Below, in pieces: positions 55,062-63,078 of a stretch of 64,000 bases of DNA. Each line of letters opens with the position of its first letter. Within the stretch, counting starts at the first letter, position 1. The translations under genes and the position numbers were made by a program. The notes below the pieces were generated by a model. That model had not been told where the DNA came from. It worked only from the letters and a program-made list of their open reading frames with translations, and did no database searches. The DNA comes from a virus (taxonomy: Duplodnaviria > Caudoviricetes): positions 1-64,000 of IMG/VR virus record IMGVR_UViG_3300009873_000009; one strand, 5' to 3'.

Positions 55062-56516
55062 CTATGGTAGTAATTTCCCGGCTCGGCCCTTACCTGCGAT
55101 GACATTAAACGCTCCCGAGCTAGCGTCCACTTGGTCCTTGTATTTGCCGCGGTCGAAGTACCGGAGCTCGTCTATGTAAGCCTGGTTCCAATCAGCTTCG
55201 ACCAGGATCACATTCTCGCCATTGACTTGGGAGGCGAACGGTTCAGCACGGAGGCGCTTGTCGCCGTCCCCCTTCCCCACTTTATGGATGAGCACTCGGA
55301 AGCCGGCTAGGCGCTTCACCGTGTCACGTGCCGAGTCCTTACCGCCCGAACCACCCTCCTGTTCAACGGCAATAATGACCTTCTTCCCATCTGCCCTAGC
55401 AGTGCGGAGAATAACCTGCTCCCGTTCATACGACTCCCATTGCCCCCGTTCTACATGGAGAACCCAATACGTGGGGAGCTTGTTTCTTATCTGGACTCCA
55501 ATCTTCACCCCTACCGTATAGGCTCCCCCATCCAATGTCCCAGCCTTATCCCAATACCGGATGATCCGTGCGAATGAACTATCCGGTGGACGGTCCTTCT
55601 CTATTCTGAGGCGTTGCACTTTGAACATGCCTCCGCCTAGCGGCACAGGCGACTGCCCGAACTGTCCCGCATAGCTATATTCCCCGTCCGCCTTATGATT
55701 CTTGAGCACCTCTCTCGGGAGTCGTATCGGGTCTAGGAGTCCGTTCTGGTACTTCTTGGCAAGACCAGCAGGACGCACCTCGTATCCCTCATCACAGGTA
55801 GCAGGCAGGCAAATATGGCGAACCGGCATTCCCTTCTTCTTGGCGAGAAGGCGGCCGGCGGGATCATCCTCGTGGAGTCTCTGCATCACCATCGCCATTG
55901 CCGTGATGCGCTTATCGACCTTGCGAGTAGGCCAGACCTCCGACATCCAGCTATTGGCGGCTTTAAGGTCGGCCTCGGATAGAGCCTGCTGCGGATCGAG
56001 CGGGTCGTCTGTGATCAGAAAATGCCCATGATGCCCCGTCGGGCTTTTACCCCCTACGGTCGCGACCAGTCTCATCCCTCCTGCCGTGTTCTGGAAATGC
56101 CCCTTCGTGTCCTGGTCGTCCCGGAGCTCTACCTCGGGGAAACAGGCTCGATATTTTTCCGAGCGAATGACGTCACGAGACTTGCGGGACAGGTCGAGCC
56201 CGAGAGTGCCCGTGTGACTTGCGTTGAGGAGGCGGGCAGTCGGCATCCTGGTCCAGACCCACGGGCAGAACATCACCGACGCAACAGTGGACTTGGTGGT
56301 GCCTGGCGGGATGTTGACGAGGAGCTCGTGCTCGGCAGGTTTGTTGCGGAAGACCAACTCCGCCTGATACTGGAGCTCGTCGCACATGAGCTCGATGTGG
56401 AAGTTGAAGATGGGAGTCTCGGGAATAATGACATCCCAGAATTCCCGTATGAATTCGTAGAAGCTCTCGCGCGTAATAGACGCGACGAGGTCGTGCTCGG
56501 CGAACCCTCGCTTCAT
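55062..56516 (-). CDS. terL: Terminase large subunit
   Basis: NIPPGTTKST (Walker A), ITDDPLD (Walker B), YWDKA, EQEGG, DQVDA. Confidence 0.93.
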   Translation of the reverse strand: MKRGFAEHDLVASITRESFYEFIREFWDVIIPETPIFNFHIELMCDELQYQAELVFRNKPAEHELLVNIPPGTTKSTVASVMFCPWVWTRMPTARLLNASHTGTLGLDLSRKSRDVIRSEKYRACFPEVELRDDQDTKGHFQNTAGGMRLVATVGGKSPTGHHGHFLITDDPLDPQQALSEADLKAANSWMSEVWPTRKVDKRITAMAMVMQRLHEDDPAGRLLAKKKGMPVRHICLPATCDEGYEVRPAGLAKKYQNGLLDPIRLPREVLKNHKADGEYSYAGQFGQSPVPLGGGMFKVQRLRIEKDRPPDSSFARIIRYWDKAGTLDGGAYTVGVKIGVQIRNKLPTYWVLHVERGQWESYEREQVILRTARADGKKVIIAVEQEGGSGGKDSARDTVKRLAGFRVLIHKVGKGDGDKRLRAEPFASQVNGENVILVEADWNQAYIDELRYFDRGKYKDQVDASSGAFNVIAGKGRAGKLLP

Positions 56517-57256
56517 TGGGCGGCCTCCACCGTGAGCGCCCGGCGTTCGTTACGGAGCGCGTCCAGGATTTGCTTCCGCACCTCGAGCGGTAACTGTAGG
56601 TCGTCAACCGCCACGACAGACAGGTTGTGTTGGACAGCTCCAGTGTGCTCGTGCTCGATCTTCTCGCCGTAGCCCCGGTCGCGGTTCAGGGTCTTATTGG
56701 CGAAGATCGTTGCCGGGGAGTCCCCGCGGGCGACCAGTCCCACCAAGGCGCTTTCAAAGAAGTCCTTCTTGGCTTGGTGAAGCTCGTCAATGAGGGCGGC
56801 GAAGTCCGGATCAAACTTGGTCCAGTAGCGTACGATGTCGCGGCTCAGATTGAGGGCGCGACGAGCCGCCGACTGCGAGAAGTTGTAGTGGCTGAGCGCG
56901 TACAGAAACAGGTGCTGCCGAGTGTTCTTGCCTTCGTTGGCCAGCAGCGCCTCGATTCTCTGGACGGCGTTCGGTTCCTCCTCGCACTCCTGGAGCAAAT
57001 CCCACAGCGCCTGAAGGCGGGGCGGCAGGCGGTTGTAGACGTACTCCCGAAAGTCCTCGGTGTGCACGCACTTGGACGCGCCCTTGCGAGCCTGCTTCAG
57101 CGCATAGCGGAACCCTGGCCGCTTCCGTTTCCAGAGCTGGATCGTGGCCGGACTCACGCCGAGCGCAGCGGCGATCTTCTCGTCACTCAATCCCTCGCGC
57201 GCCAGTTCGTAGGCATCGATGGCAAACTCCGGTTTCCAGAACGTCTTCTTCTTCAT
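56513..57256 (-). CDS. terS: Terminase small subunit with N-terminal HTH
   Basis: GLSDEKIAAALGVSPATIQLWKR; ATIFANK...RGY; ATGA overlap with terL. Confidence 0.8.
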   Translation of the reverse strand: MKKKTFWKPEFAIDAYELAREGLSDEKIAAALGVSPATIQLWKRKRPGFRYALKQARKGASKCVHTEDFREYVYNRLPPRLQALWDLLQECEEEPNAVQRIEALLANEGKNTRQHLFLYALSHYNFSQSAARRALNLSRDIVRYWTKFDPDFAALIDELHQAKKDFFESALVGLVARGDSPATIFANKTLNRDRGYGEKIEHEHTGAVQHNLSVVAVDDLQLPLEVRKQILDALRNERRALTVEAAQ

Positions 57257-57615
57257 TGGTCCCCCGCCTGGGATGAGGCGTCAGGGGCGTACGATACTCG
57301 TGAAAAGTTCTGATAACACGCCTACAAAGCTAACATCGGTCCCACTACTGCGCTCGGATAAGTCGCCGTTGATGGGTTGCCCTGGCCTCGCCTGCGCTCC
57401 CTGGCGGGGCGGTTGGAACAGGGCGGGGGACAGGGGGTCGGGGCGGCCGAGCGCGCGCTAGGCGAGCGCCTACGCGCTCCAGGAGGGGGTTTCCGAGGGG
57501 GCCGGCGGGCCGGATATAGGGAGAGGGGAGAGGGGGCGGCGGGGGGGTTGATGGACAGCTGTTATACCCCCATTGTGGGAAATCCGGCAGAAAATCAAAA
57601 TATTTTTCCCGCACC

Positions 57616-57744
57616 TAACCTGATACCGGATAAGGGTTTCCGGCTCGTCCCCCACCGGGGGGCACGAATCATTATCCGGTTAATAGCGTATCCGGAAAAC
57701 CGCCCGGAAAGGCGCTGTAACCTGATACCGGATAAGGGTTTCCG
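57616..57744. repeat. 27-bp direct repeat pair with inverted core between them
   Basis: TAACCTGATACCGGATAAGGGTTTCCG at 57616-57642 and 57718-57744; inverted TTATCCGGT at 57672-57680. Confidence 0.92.
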
Positions 57745-58005
57745 TCAAAAACCCCCCTTCTGGACCGACTCCGTATAGGGTATACGGCGTCAACAAACAC
57801 CTGCGAGGGCAAACGAGTAGGGCAAACCGGGGCCGAGTAAGGGCAACCCCTAGTCGCCACCAGATCTTTTACAACCTAGAGAGTCCACGGGCAAGGCGCT
57901 GCGGCGCGTTGCAGACCAGAACACTGCCTGGCCGTTTCCGCGACGACCCTTCGGTCGCCACCCCCACAACAATCCAATGAGCAGGGGGACGCGAACGCAT
58001 ACAAC

Positions 58006-58061
58006 AACGCGAAACGCCGGTTCGCCGGCGTCTACGGGTTTGACCCGTACTGATGAGCGTT
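58006..58061 (+). ncRNA. Type II hammerhead ribozyme HH1
   Basis: AACGC-GAAAC-GCCGG ttcg CCGGC-GTC(cut after 58032)-TACGGG tttga CCCGTA-CTGATGA-GCGTT. Confidence 0.92.
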
Positions 58062-58089
58062 CAACCAAGGAGCGTGCCGAGCCCGCTAA

Positions 58090-58177
58090 GGACGAAACGC
58101 TCGGATCAACATACCGCGGCACCAGCCCGGGAGTTACGTTCCGAGCGTCCAGGGGTTACGCCCCTGCTGATGAGTCC
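58090..58177 (+). ncRNA. Type II hammerhead ribozyme HH2 (34-nt stem III loop)
   Basis: GGAC-GAAAC-GCTCGGA...TCCGAGC-GTC(58149)-CAGGGG ttacg CCCCTG-CTGATGA-GTCC. Confidence 0.9.
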
Positions 58178-58198
58178 ATCCAACTAAAGGAGTTTCCC

Positions 58199-58417
58199 AT
58201 GAACCAGAAAATGAAACGCTACGCCATCACCTACCGCATCCCCACCAAAAGCACGCTTGGCAAACGCAAGTTTGTCGAGAAGCAGGGGTTCAGTGAGGAA
58301 CACGTCAAGATTGAGTTCCTCGCGCTGCACCCGAACGCCATAGTGGAGTGCGTTCTTCCCATCCCAGGTCAAGAGCAGCCGGCCGAGGATTGCGGTAGAG
58401 GTCGTCCCCGCCAATGA
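58199..58417 (+). CDS. Early hypothetical protein
   Basis: AAGGAG RBS directly after HH2; MNQKMKRY... Confidence 0.75.
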   Translation: MNQKMKRYAITYRIPTKSTLGKRKFVEKQGFSEEHVKIEFLALHPNAIVECVLPIPGQEQPAEDCGRGRPRQ

Positions 58418-58425
58418 GATGCTAA

Positions 58426-58477
58426 GGACGAAACGCCCTCGCGGGCGTCCGGTTGTAACGCAACCGCTGATGAGTCC
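58426..58477 (+). ncRNA. Type II hammerhead ribozyme HH3
   Basis: GGAC-GAAAC-GCCC tcgc GGGC-GTC(58449)-CGGTTG taacg CAACCG-CTGATGA-GTCC. Confidence 0.95.
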
Positions 58478-58500
58478 ATCCCAACCTTACGAGGTTCCAA

Positions 58501-58974
58501 ATGCTTACACTTTACAAAGGCCGTCTGTCCTGGAACGGATACCGCAACGCATGCCCGCCGGACATCTACGACCTGGCGCTGCGTCCCACCCCGAACAACC
58601 TGCGAAGGCTGTATTCCCTCGGCTATCTGCCGCAGGGAGAGTTGGAGACCTGTCTTACCATTCTCGGTTCTGTTACCCCTAGCGAAGAAGGAGATGAGAC
58701 CATGTCGAAGTCCTCCACGAAGAAGGCCGCCAAGTCCGAGTCCACCCCCCGCGTTACGCTCTTCGAGCAGAGCGTCACCGCAGTCCTCCGGTTCATGGGG
58801 CTGAACGACTGGGTGTTCGATGACGCCCGCCTCGCGCTCAATACGCTGGGCGCGAGCGAGATCAGCGACACGACCATCCGCATTCAACTGCGGGCGGGCA
58901 AGAAGGGCGAGCGCGGCGAGCCGGCCAAGTTGACCAAGTCGCAGATCGCGTCACTCAAGAAGGCCGCGAAGTAG
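58501..58974 (+). CDS. Early protein; C-terminal 90 aa is an HTH-like domain homologous to the MuF repeats
   Basis: GAGG RBS; an internal GAAGGAG precedes in-frame ATG 58702; AVLRFMG...ISDTTIRIQL. Confidence 0.78.
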   Translation: MLTLYKGRLSWNGYRNACPPDIYDLALRPTPNNLRRLYSLGYLPQGELETCLTILGSVTPSEEGDETMSKSSTKKAAKSESTPRVTLFEQSVTAVLRFMGLNDWVFDDARLALNTLGASEISDTTIRIQLRAGKKGERGEPAKLTKSQIASLKKAAK

Positions 58975-59029
58975 GACGAAACGCCAGGGTGCCCTGGCGT
59001 CGGACGGTTGTGCCGTCCCTGATGAGTCC
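58974..59029 (+). ncRNA. Type II hammerhead ribozyme HH4
   Basis: GGAC-GAAAC-GCCAGGG tg CCCTGGC-GTC(59001)-GGACGG ttgtg CCGTCC-CTGATGA-GTCC. Confidence 0.95.
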
Positions 59030-59050
59030 CAAGTCACAAGGAGCAAACCC

Positions 59051-59500
59051 ATGCCTGCCAAACGCCGTCACCTTCTCTGCATCCGGGAGAACCTCCGTCC
59101 ATTCTTCGAACGCCGTCTGAACGTCCTCGGAATCGACCACTCGTTCGACAACGACCACAGCCGCGAGAACGGGATCTACACCGTTCGGTGCTCGGCCTCC
59201 GACGCGCAGTACGTCACCGCCTGGCTGGAAGGGGTGAGCGCCGCGACCTCCTGGGAGGTTCCCTTCAAGACCCGCTTCACCCTCCCTCGCGTGATCGAGT
59301 GCACCTTCGCCCACGTTTGCGACAACGAACTGATCGAGGACGAAGAGAATCTTGAGGACTTCGAGAAGGTTCTCCGGACCGCCAAGTCGATCAGCGAGAT
59401 TGTAGACCAGCTGTACGCCTACACCGGCATCGAACACGGTGACGGGTGGCAGTTCGTCCTCGACGCGCTCGCGGAGGGGGTCGGTGAGACAATCCACTAG
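59051..59500 (+). CDS. Early hypothetical protein
   Basis: AAGGAG RBS after HH4; 149 aa. Confidence 0.8.
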   Translation: MPAKRRHLLCIRENLRPFFERRLNVLGIDHSFDNDHSRENGIYTVRCSASDAQYVTAWLEGVSAATSWEVPFKTRFTLPRVIECTFAHVCDNELIEDEENLEDFEKVLRTAKSISEIVDQLYAYTGIEHGDGWQFVLDALAEGVGETIH

Positions 59501-59551
59501 GACGAAACGCCCGCGAGGGCGTAGTGCCGTTTTGCGGCACCTGATGAGTCC
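59500..59551 (+). ncRNA. Type II hammerhead ribozyme HH5 (GUA cleavage triplet)
   Basis: GGAC-GAAAC-GCCC gcga GGGC-GTA(59523)-GTGCCG ttttg CGGCAC-CTGATGA-GTCC. Confidence 0.93.
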
Positions 59552-59570
59552 CTTTTTCGGAGTTTCCAAA

Positions 59571-59792
59571 ATGTACGTCATCGTCACCAGCGTCGGTCTC
59601 CAACTGTTCCTTAGCAAGCGTGAGGACGGAGGACGCGAAGAACTGGCCGGCTTGGTGCCTCGCATCGAGCAGGCATGGCACTTCCGGACCTACCTAGACG
59701 CGAGCGAGATGATCCGAAAGCGCTACGCCGCGTACCGCGAGCACGGCAAGGCGTGCACCCCCTTAGAGGTGCGCGAGGTCGTCGGCGAGTAA
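59571..59792 (+). CDS. Early hypothetical protein
   Basis: GGAG RBS after HH5; MYVIVTSVG... Confidence 0.7.
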   Translation: MYVIVTSVGLQLFLSKREDGGREELAGLVPRIEQAWHFRTYLDASEMIRKRYAAYREHGKACTPLEVREVVGE

Positions 59793-59823
59793 AACCCGTA
59801 AAACAAGGGGTTTTTAACCCCGC

Positions 59824-59853
59824 TTGTGCTACAAATGTAGGATTCGTTAGACT
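59824..59853 (+). promoter_or_regulatory. Putative sigma70-like promoter TTGTGC-N18-TAGACT
   Basis: Near-identical copy at 63620; preceded by a GGGG..CCCC hairpin. Confidence 0.6.
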
Positions 59854-59878
59854 GGCAACCCCTCACCGAGAGCACCCA

Positions 59879-61078
59879 ATGAAAACCACGAAGCAAGAAT
59901 TCCTCGACGCGCTCAAGGAGCACACCGGCTATTGGGTCGGCACGACCAAGCTGCTCGACGCGCTCGACCTACCGAACAGCGCCCGGCCGCAAACGCTCAT
60001 GATCCTCCACTCGCTCACCGAGCAGGGAGTTCTGGAACGGCATGGCAAGGCGAAGTTCGCATGGCGGTGGGTTCCCAACACCAAGACCGCCGCGGACATC
60101 AACTGGAAGCACAACCCCGCCAGCGTCAAGACCGGCGGAGGCGAGGGGAGCGGGACCACCACGGTCAACAATGAGCGGGTCGACCAGCTGAACGACCTCG
60201 TCGCCAACCTCGAGACGACCGTCGAGTCGCTGACCAAGCGGCTCGAAGAGGTCGCCGCGACGAGCGTCCGCGAGATCATCCTGAAGAACTACGAAGGGCA
60301 GCGCACGACACGGCTCAAGGACGTCACCCTCCCCAAGCAGTTCGACCAGACGCTGTCCCTGGCCAACTGCCGGCGCAACATCCTCCTCGTGGGTCCGGCC
60401 GGTTGCGGCAAGACCTACCTGGCGCGCCTCATCGCCAAGTCCCTGAAGTTCTCCTTCGCGTCCCTGTCCTGCACGGCAGGCATGAGCGAGTCCCACCTGC
60501 TGGGCCGCGCGACGCCGGACATCCAGAAGGGAACCACGGTGTATCAACGGTCCGCGTTCCTGGAATGCTTCGAGGAGGGAGGGGTCTTCCTGCTCGATGA
60601 GTTGGACGCCGCGGACTCCAATACCCTCCTGGTGATCAACGACGCTTTGTCCTCCGGTCGCTGCTCCGTTCCCAATCGTCCGGACAACCCGGTCGCCGTC
60701 CGGCATGAGGATTTCGTTCTCATCGCAACGGCCAACACGTTCGGGCGCGGCGCGAGCCGGGTCTACGTCGGTCGTAACCAGTTAGACGAAGCGACGCTCG
60801 ATCGGTTCCGCATCGGGACCATCGAATGCGACTACGACCGCGCCGTCGAAGCGAGCGTTTGCCCGGACGAGACCATCCGGGTGCGGTTGCAGACCATCCG
60901 GCGGAGTATTGAGGACGCGTCCCTCCGACGCATCCTGTCAACCCGGTTCCTCGCGGACGCCTACGTCATGCATAAGTCCGCGGGCTGGACCATCGAGACC
61001 ATCCTCAATACCTACTTCCAAGGCTGGTCTCCCGAGGAGCGTGCCAAGGTTGACATCCCCTACGCCAATTCCCACTAA
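59879..61078 (+). CDS. MoxR/CbbQ-like AAA+ ATPase with N-terminal winged-helix-like and coiled-coil segments
   Basis: GPAGCGKT, FLLDELDAA, ATANTFG, GRNQLDEATLDRF. Confidence 0.88.
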   Translation: MKTTKQEFLDALKEHTGYWVGTTKLLDALDLPNSARPQTLMILHSLTEQGVLERHGKAKFAWRWVPNTKTAADINWKHNPASVKTGGGEGSGTTTVNNERVDQLNDLVANLETTVESLTKRLEEVAATSVREIILKNYEGQRTTRLKDVTLPKQFDQTLSLANCRRNILLVGPAGCGKTYLARLIAKSLKFSFASLSCTAGMSESHLLGRATPDIQKGTTVYQRSAFLECFEEGGVFLLDELDAADSNTLLVINDALSSGRCSVPNRPDNPVAVRHEDFVLIATANTFGRGASRVYVGRNQLDEATLDRFRIGTIECDYDRAVEASVCPDETIRVRLQTIRRSIEDASLRRILSTRFLADAYVMHKSAGWTIETILNTYFQGWSPEERAKVDIPYANSH

Positions 61079-61082
61079 AGCC

Positions 61083-61925
61083 ATGAAAATCATCAAAGAC
61101 ACCAAGCTGCGAGGCCATGCCATGATCTTCGACGGCATCCTCGACCTGGCGAACAGCACTCACGACGCGATCAAGCAGGGCGCGTCCCTGCCCGACTACC
61201 AATCCCTTGCCTACCGCAGTAACTGGCTAGGACGCACCTTCTCCTCCTGGGAACAGGTGGTGGAGGCCTGCCGTTCTCACTGGCCCAAGGGCATGGACAT
61301 CGTCAAGGCGATGATTGAGGAACTGAAGAAGCAGCCCCTCCCCCAGCCCAAGTCCCGCAAGCGCAAGGCGCGGTGGAGCGAGGACGACGGGGAGGTTGAG
61401 GTAGGCAGGTTCCTCGCCGGCGAGTCGGCGTTCTACCGCGACGTCCGTCGGGACAACGTGCACGGTCCCGAGACCCTCACCCTCCTCTGCAACCTGGACG
61501 CGAGCGGGGGGATTGATCACAACGAAATCTTCTGGCGGGGCGCGGCCGCGGTTGCGATCTGCGACCTGCTCGAAGACGCCGGCTATTCCTGCGAAGTCTG
61601 GATGTGGGGAGTCGGAGATGGGACATGGAACAACGACCTGCCTACCGTGTTCACTGCTGTCCCGCTTAAGAAGGCCGGCGCTCCCTTGGACCTCAACTGC
61701 CTGGTGGCGGGGTTGTCAGCTTGGTTCCTCCGGTCCCTGGTGTTCCATAGCTACCTCATCGCAGACCGCCACGTGATGCGAGGCTGGGGACAGCCGAACT
61801 ACAATATCGGCAAGTGGGTCAATTACATCCCGGCAAACCAAGATGATATTCGTCACGTTCCTATGGCCGAGACGGCACTGGAAGCAGTGCACTCGGCCTA
61901 CAAAATCCTGAAGGAGTTGCAATGA
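61083..61925 (+). CDS. VWA-like (CobT-type) partner of MoxR ATPase
   Basis: TLLCNLDASGG...GAAAVAICDLLEDAGYSCEV; adjacent to the AAA+ gene. Confidence 0.7.
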   Translation: MKIIKDTKLRGHAMIFDGILDLANSTHDAIKQGASLPDYQSLAYRSNWLGRTFSSWEQVVEACRSHWPKGMDIVKAMIEELKKQPLPQPKSRKRKARWSEDDGEVEVGRFLAGESAFYRDVRRDNVHGPETLTLLCNLDASGGIDHNEIFWRGAAAVAICDLLEDAGYSCEVWMWGVGDGTWNNDLPTVFTAVPLKKAGAPLDLNCLVAGLSAWFLRSLVFHSYLIADRHVMRGWGQPNYNIGKWVNYIPANQDDIRHVPMAETALEAVHSAYKILKELQ

Positions 61926-62065
61926 CACTGCAAGAGACGATCAACCTGTTCCAGTCCGAGACCGGCAAGACTGTCTCGGACTCGTTCCAAGACTTCTGGT
62001 TCTGGCTTGACAGCCACCTGGAGAACGGCACTGGACCATTCGCATCCTCAGGAGACAAACAATGA
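61922..62065 (+). CDS. 47-aa hypothetical protein
   Basis: ATGA overlaps at both ends. Confidence 0.6.
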   Translation: MTLQETINLFQSETGKTVSDSFQDFWFWLDSHLENGTGPFASSGDKQ

Positions 62066-62391
62066 ACAGATTCTATGTCATCCTCGATCTCCTCCCCCGG
62101 TTGAAAGACCTGGCGGAGGAGTACCGCAACGAAGCCGAGCATCAGGATGGGGCCGAGTATTGGGACCAGTTCCCCGACATAGACGCCGTCCTCGCCGACC
62201 TCGGGCTGTACCTCACGGCTCGAACCGACGTCGAGGACAAGCGCTGGCGCGTCCTCTGCTCCGGTCCCTACACCCCGACCGACCAGCCGAGCGAAGAGAT
62301 TTTCGTCACCGCTAAGACCGCCGCGGCGGCCAAGCGGGCCTTCCGTCGCGACCATCCCCATCACGCCGTCATCCTGGTGGAACGCTCATGA
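62062..62391 (+). CDS. Hypothetical protein
   Basis: 109 aa, AGGAGA RBS. Confidence 0.7.
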   Translation: MNRFYVILDLLPRLKDLAEEYRNEAEHQDGAEYWDQFPDIDAVLADLGLYLTARTDVEDKRWRVLCSGPYTPTDQPSEEIFVTAKTAAAAKRAFRRDHPHHAVILVERS

Positions 62392-62636
62392 TCTACAGTC
62401 TCGATCAATTCACTCGGCATGGCGACTCGCTCGTTGCCGAGGCCAGCGACCTCAACGCGAGAGGGAGGGACGAGCATGTCCTAATCCGTAGTCACTTCAC
62501 CGGCCGAGTCGTTCGGTTCATCTTCTCGAGAACCGAAATGACTCCGGACGGTGAGGATATTGCGGGCTGGCATTACACTGCCGACCCGCGTGGTCCCGTT
62601 GTCAAGACTCCCCGTGTCCTCATCATCAACGACTAG
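62388..62636 (+). CDS. Hypothetical protein
   Basis: 82 aa, ATGA overlap. Confidence 0.7.
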   Translation: MIYSLDQFTRHGDSLVAEASDLNARGRDEHVLIRSHFTGRVVRFIFSRTEMTPDGEDIAGWHYTADPRGPVVKTPRVLIIND

Positions 62637-62640
62637 CCCA

Positions 62641-63078
62641 ATGAAACCGTTCAAGCCTCACGACCTGGCGTTCATGACCGTCCCTACCTCTACTCGCCGG
62701 CGCGTTGTAGAGGTGCTGTCCTTCCCTGTCCCCGGCGGGACCATAATGGTGCGCATGGTCCCAGGAGACTGCGAGACATTGCGGGAGGTTCCCCTGTCCC
62801 TCCTCGCGCCATGCAACAAGACCCGTTACATCCACTTCGCCGAGGTTGAGGGACGGTTCATGTTCCCGGAGGACATGCTGCGCTACGACGGCGCGGCGCT
62901 CTGCGACCCGGATCAACCGGAGGACGAGTATCGTCCCACCGGTCCGGTCCTCATCTACAAGATCAGCGACCGGGCACGTCCGCCGTGGACGGACGCCCGT
63001 TGGCTCTCGTTCGGCTGCAAGGTTCGTCACATTCTCACCCACGACTTCCGGAAGTCCCCCACAGGAATCGGCCAATGA
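62641..63078 (+). CDS. Hypothetical protein
   Basis: MKPFKPHD..., coupled to the next ORF. Confidence 0.65.
   Translation: MKPFKPHDLAFMTVPTSTRRRVVEVLSFPVPGGTIMVRMVPGDCETLREVPLSLLAPCNKTRYIHFAEVEGRFMFPEDMLRYDGAALCDPDQPEDEYRPTGPVLIYKISDRARPPWTDARWLSFGCKVRHILTHDFRKSPTGIGQ

Noticed and set aside
58006-59551. Recurrent GGACGAAACG / CTGATGAGTCC words as a CRISPR array or attC sites
   Set aside because: Spacing is irregular and gene-sized, and no cas or integrase gene is present. Covarying stems and the conserved core fit hammerhead ribozymes.
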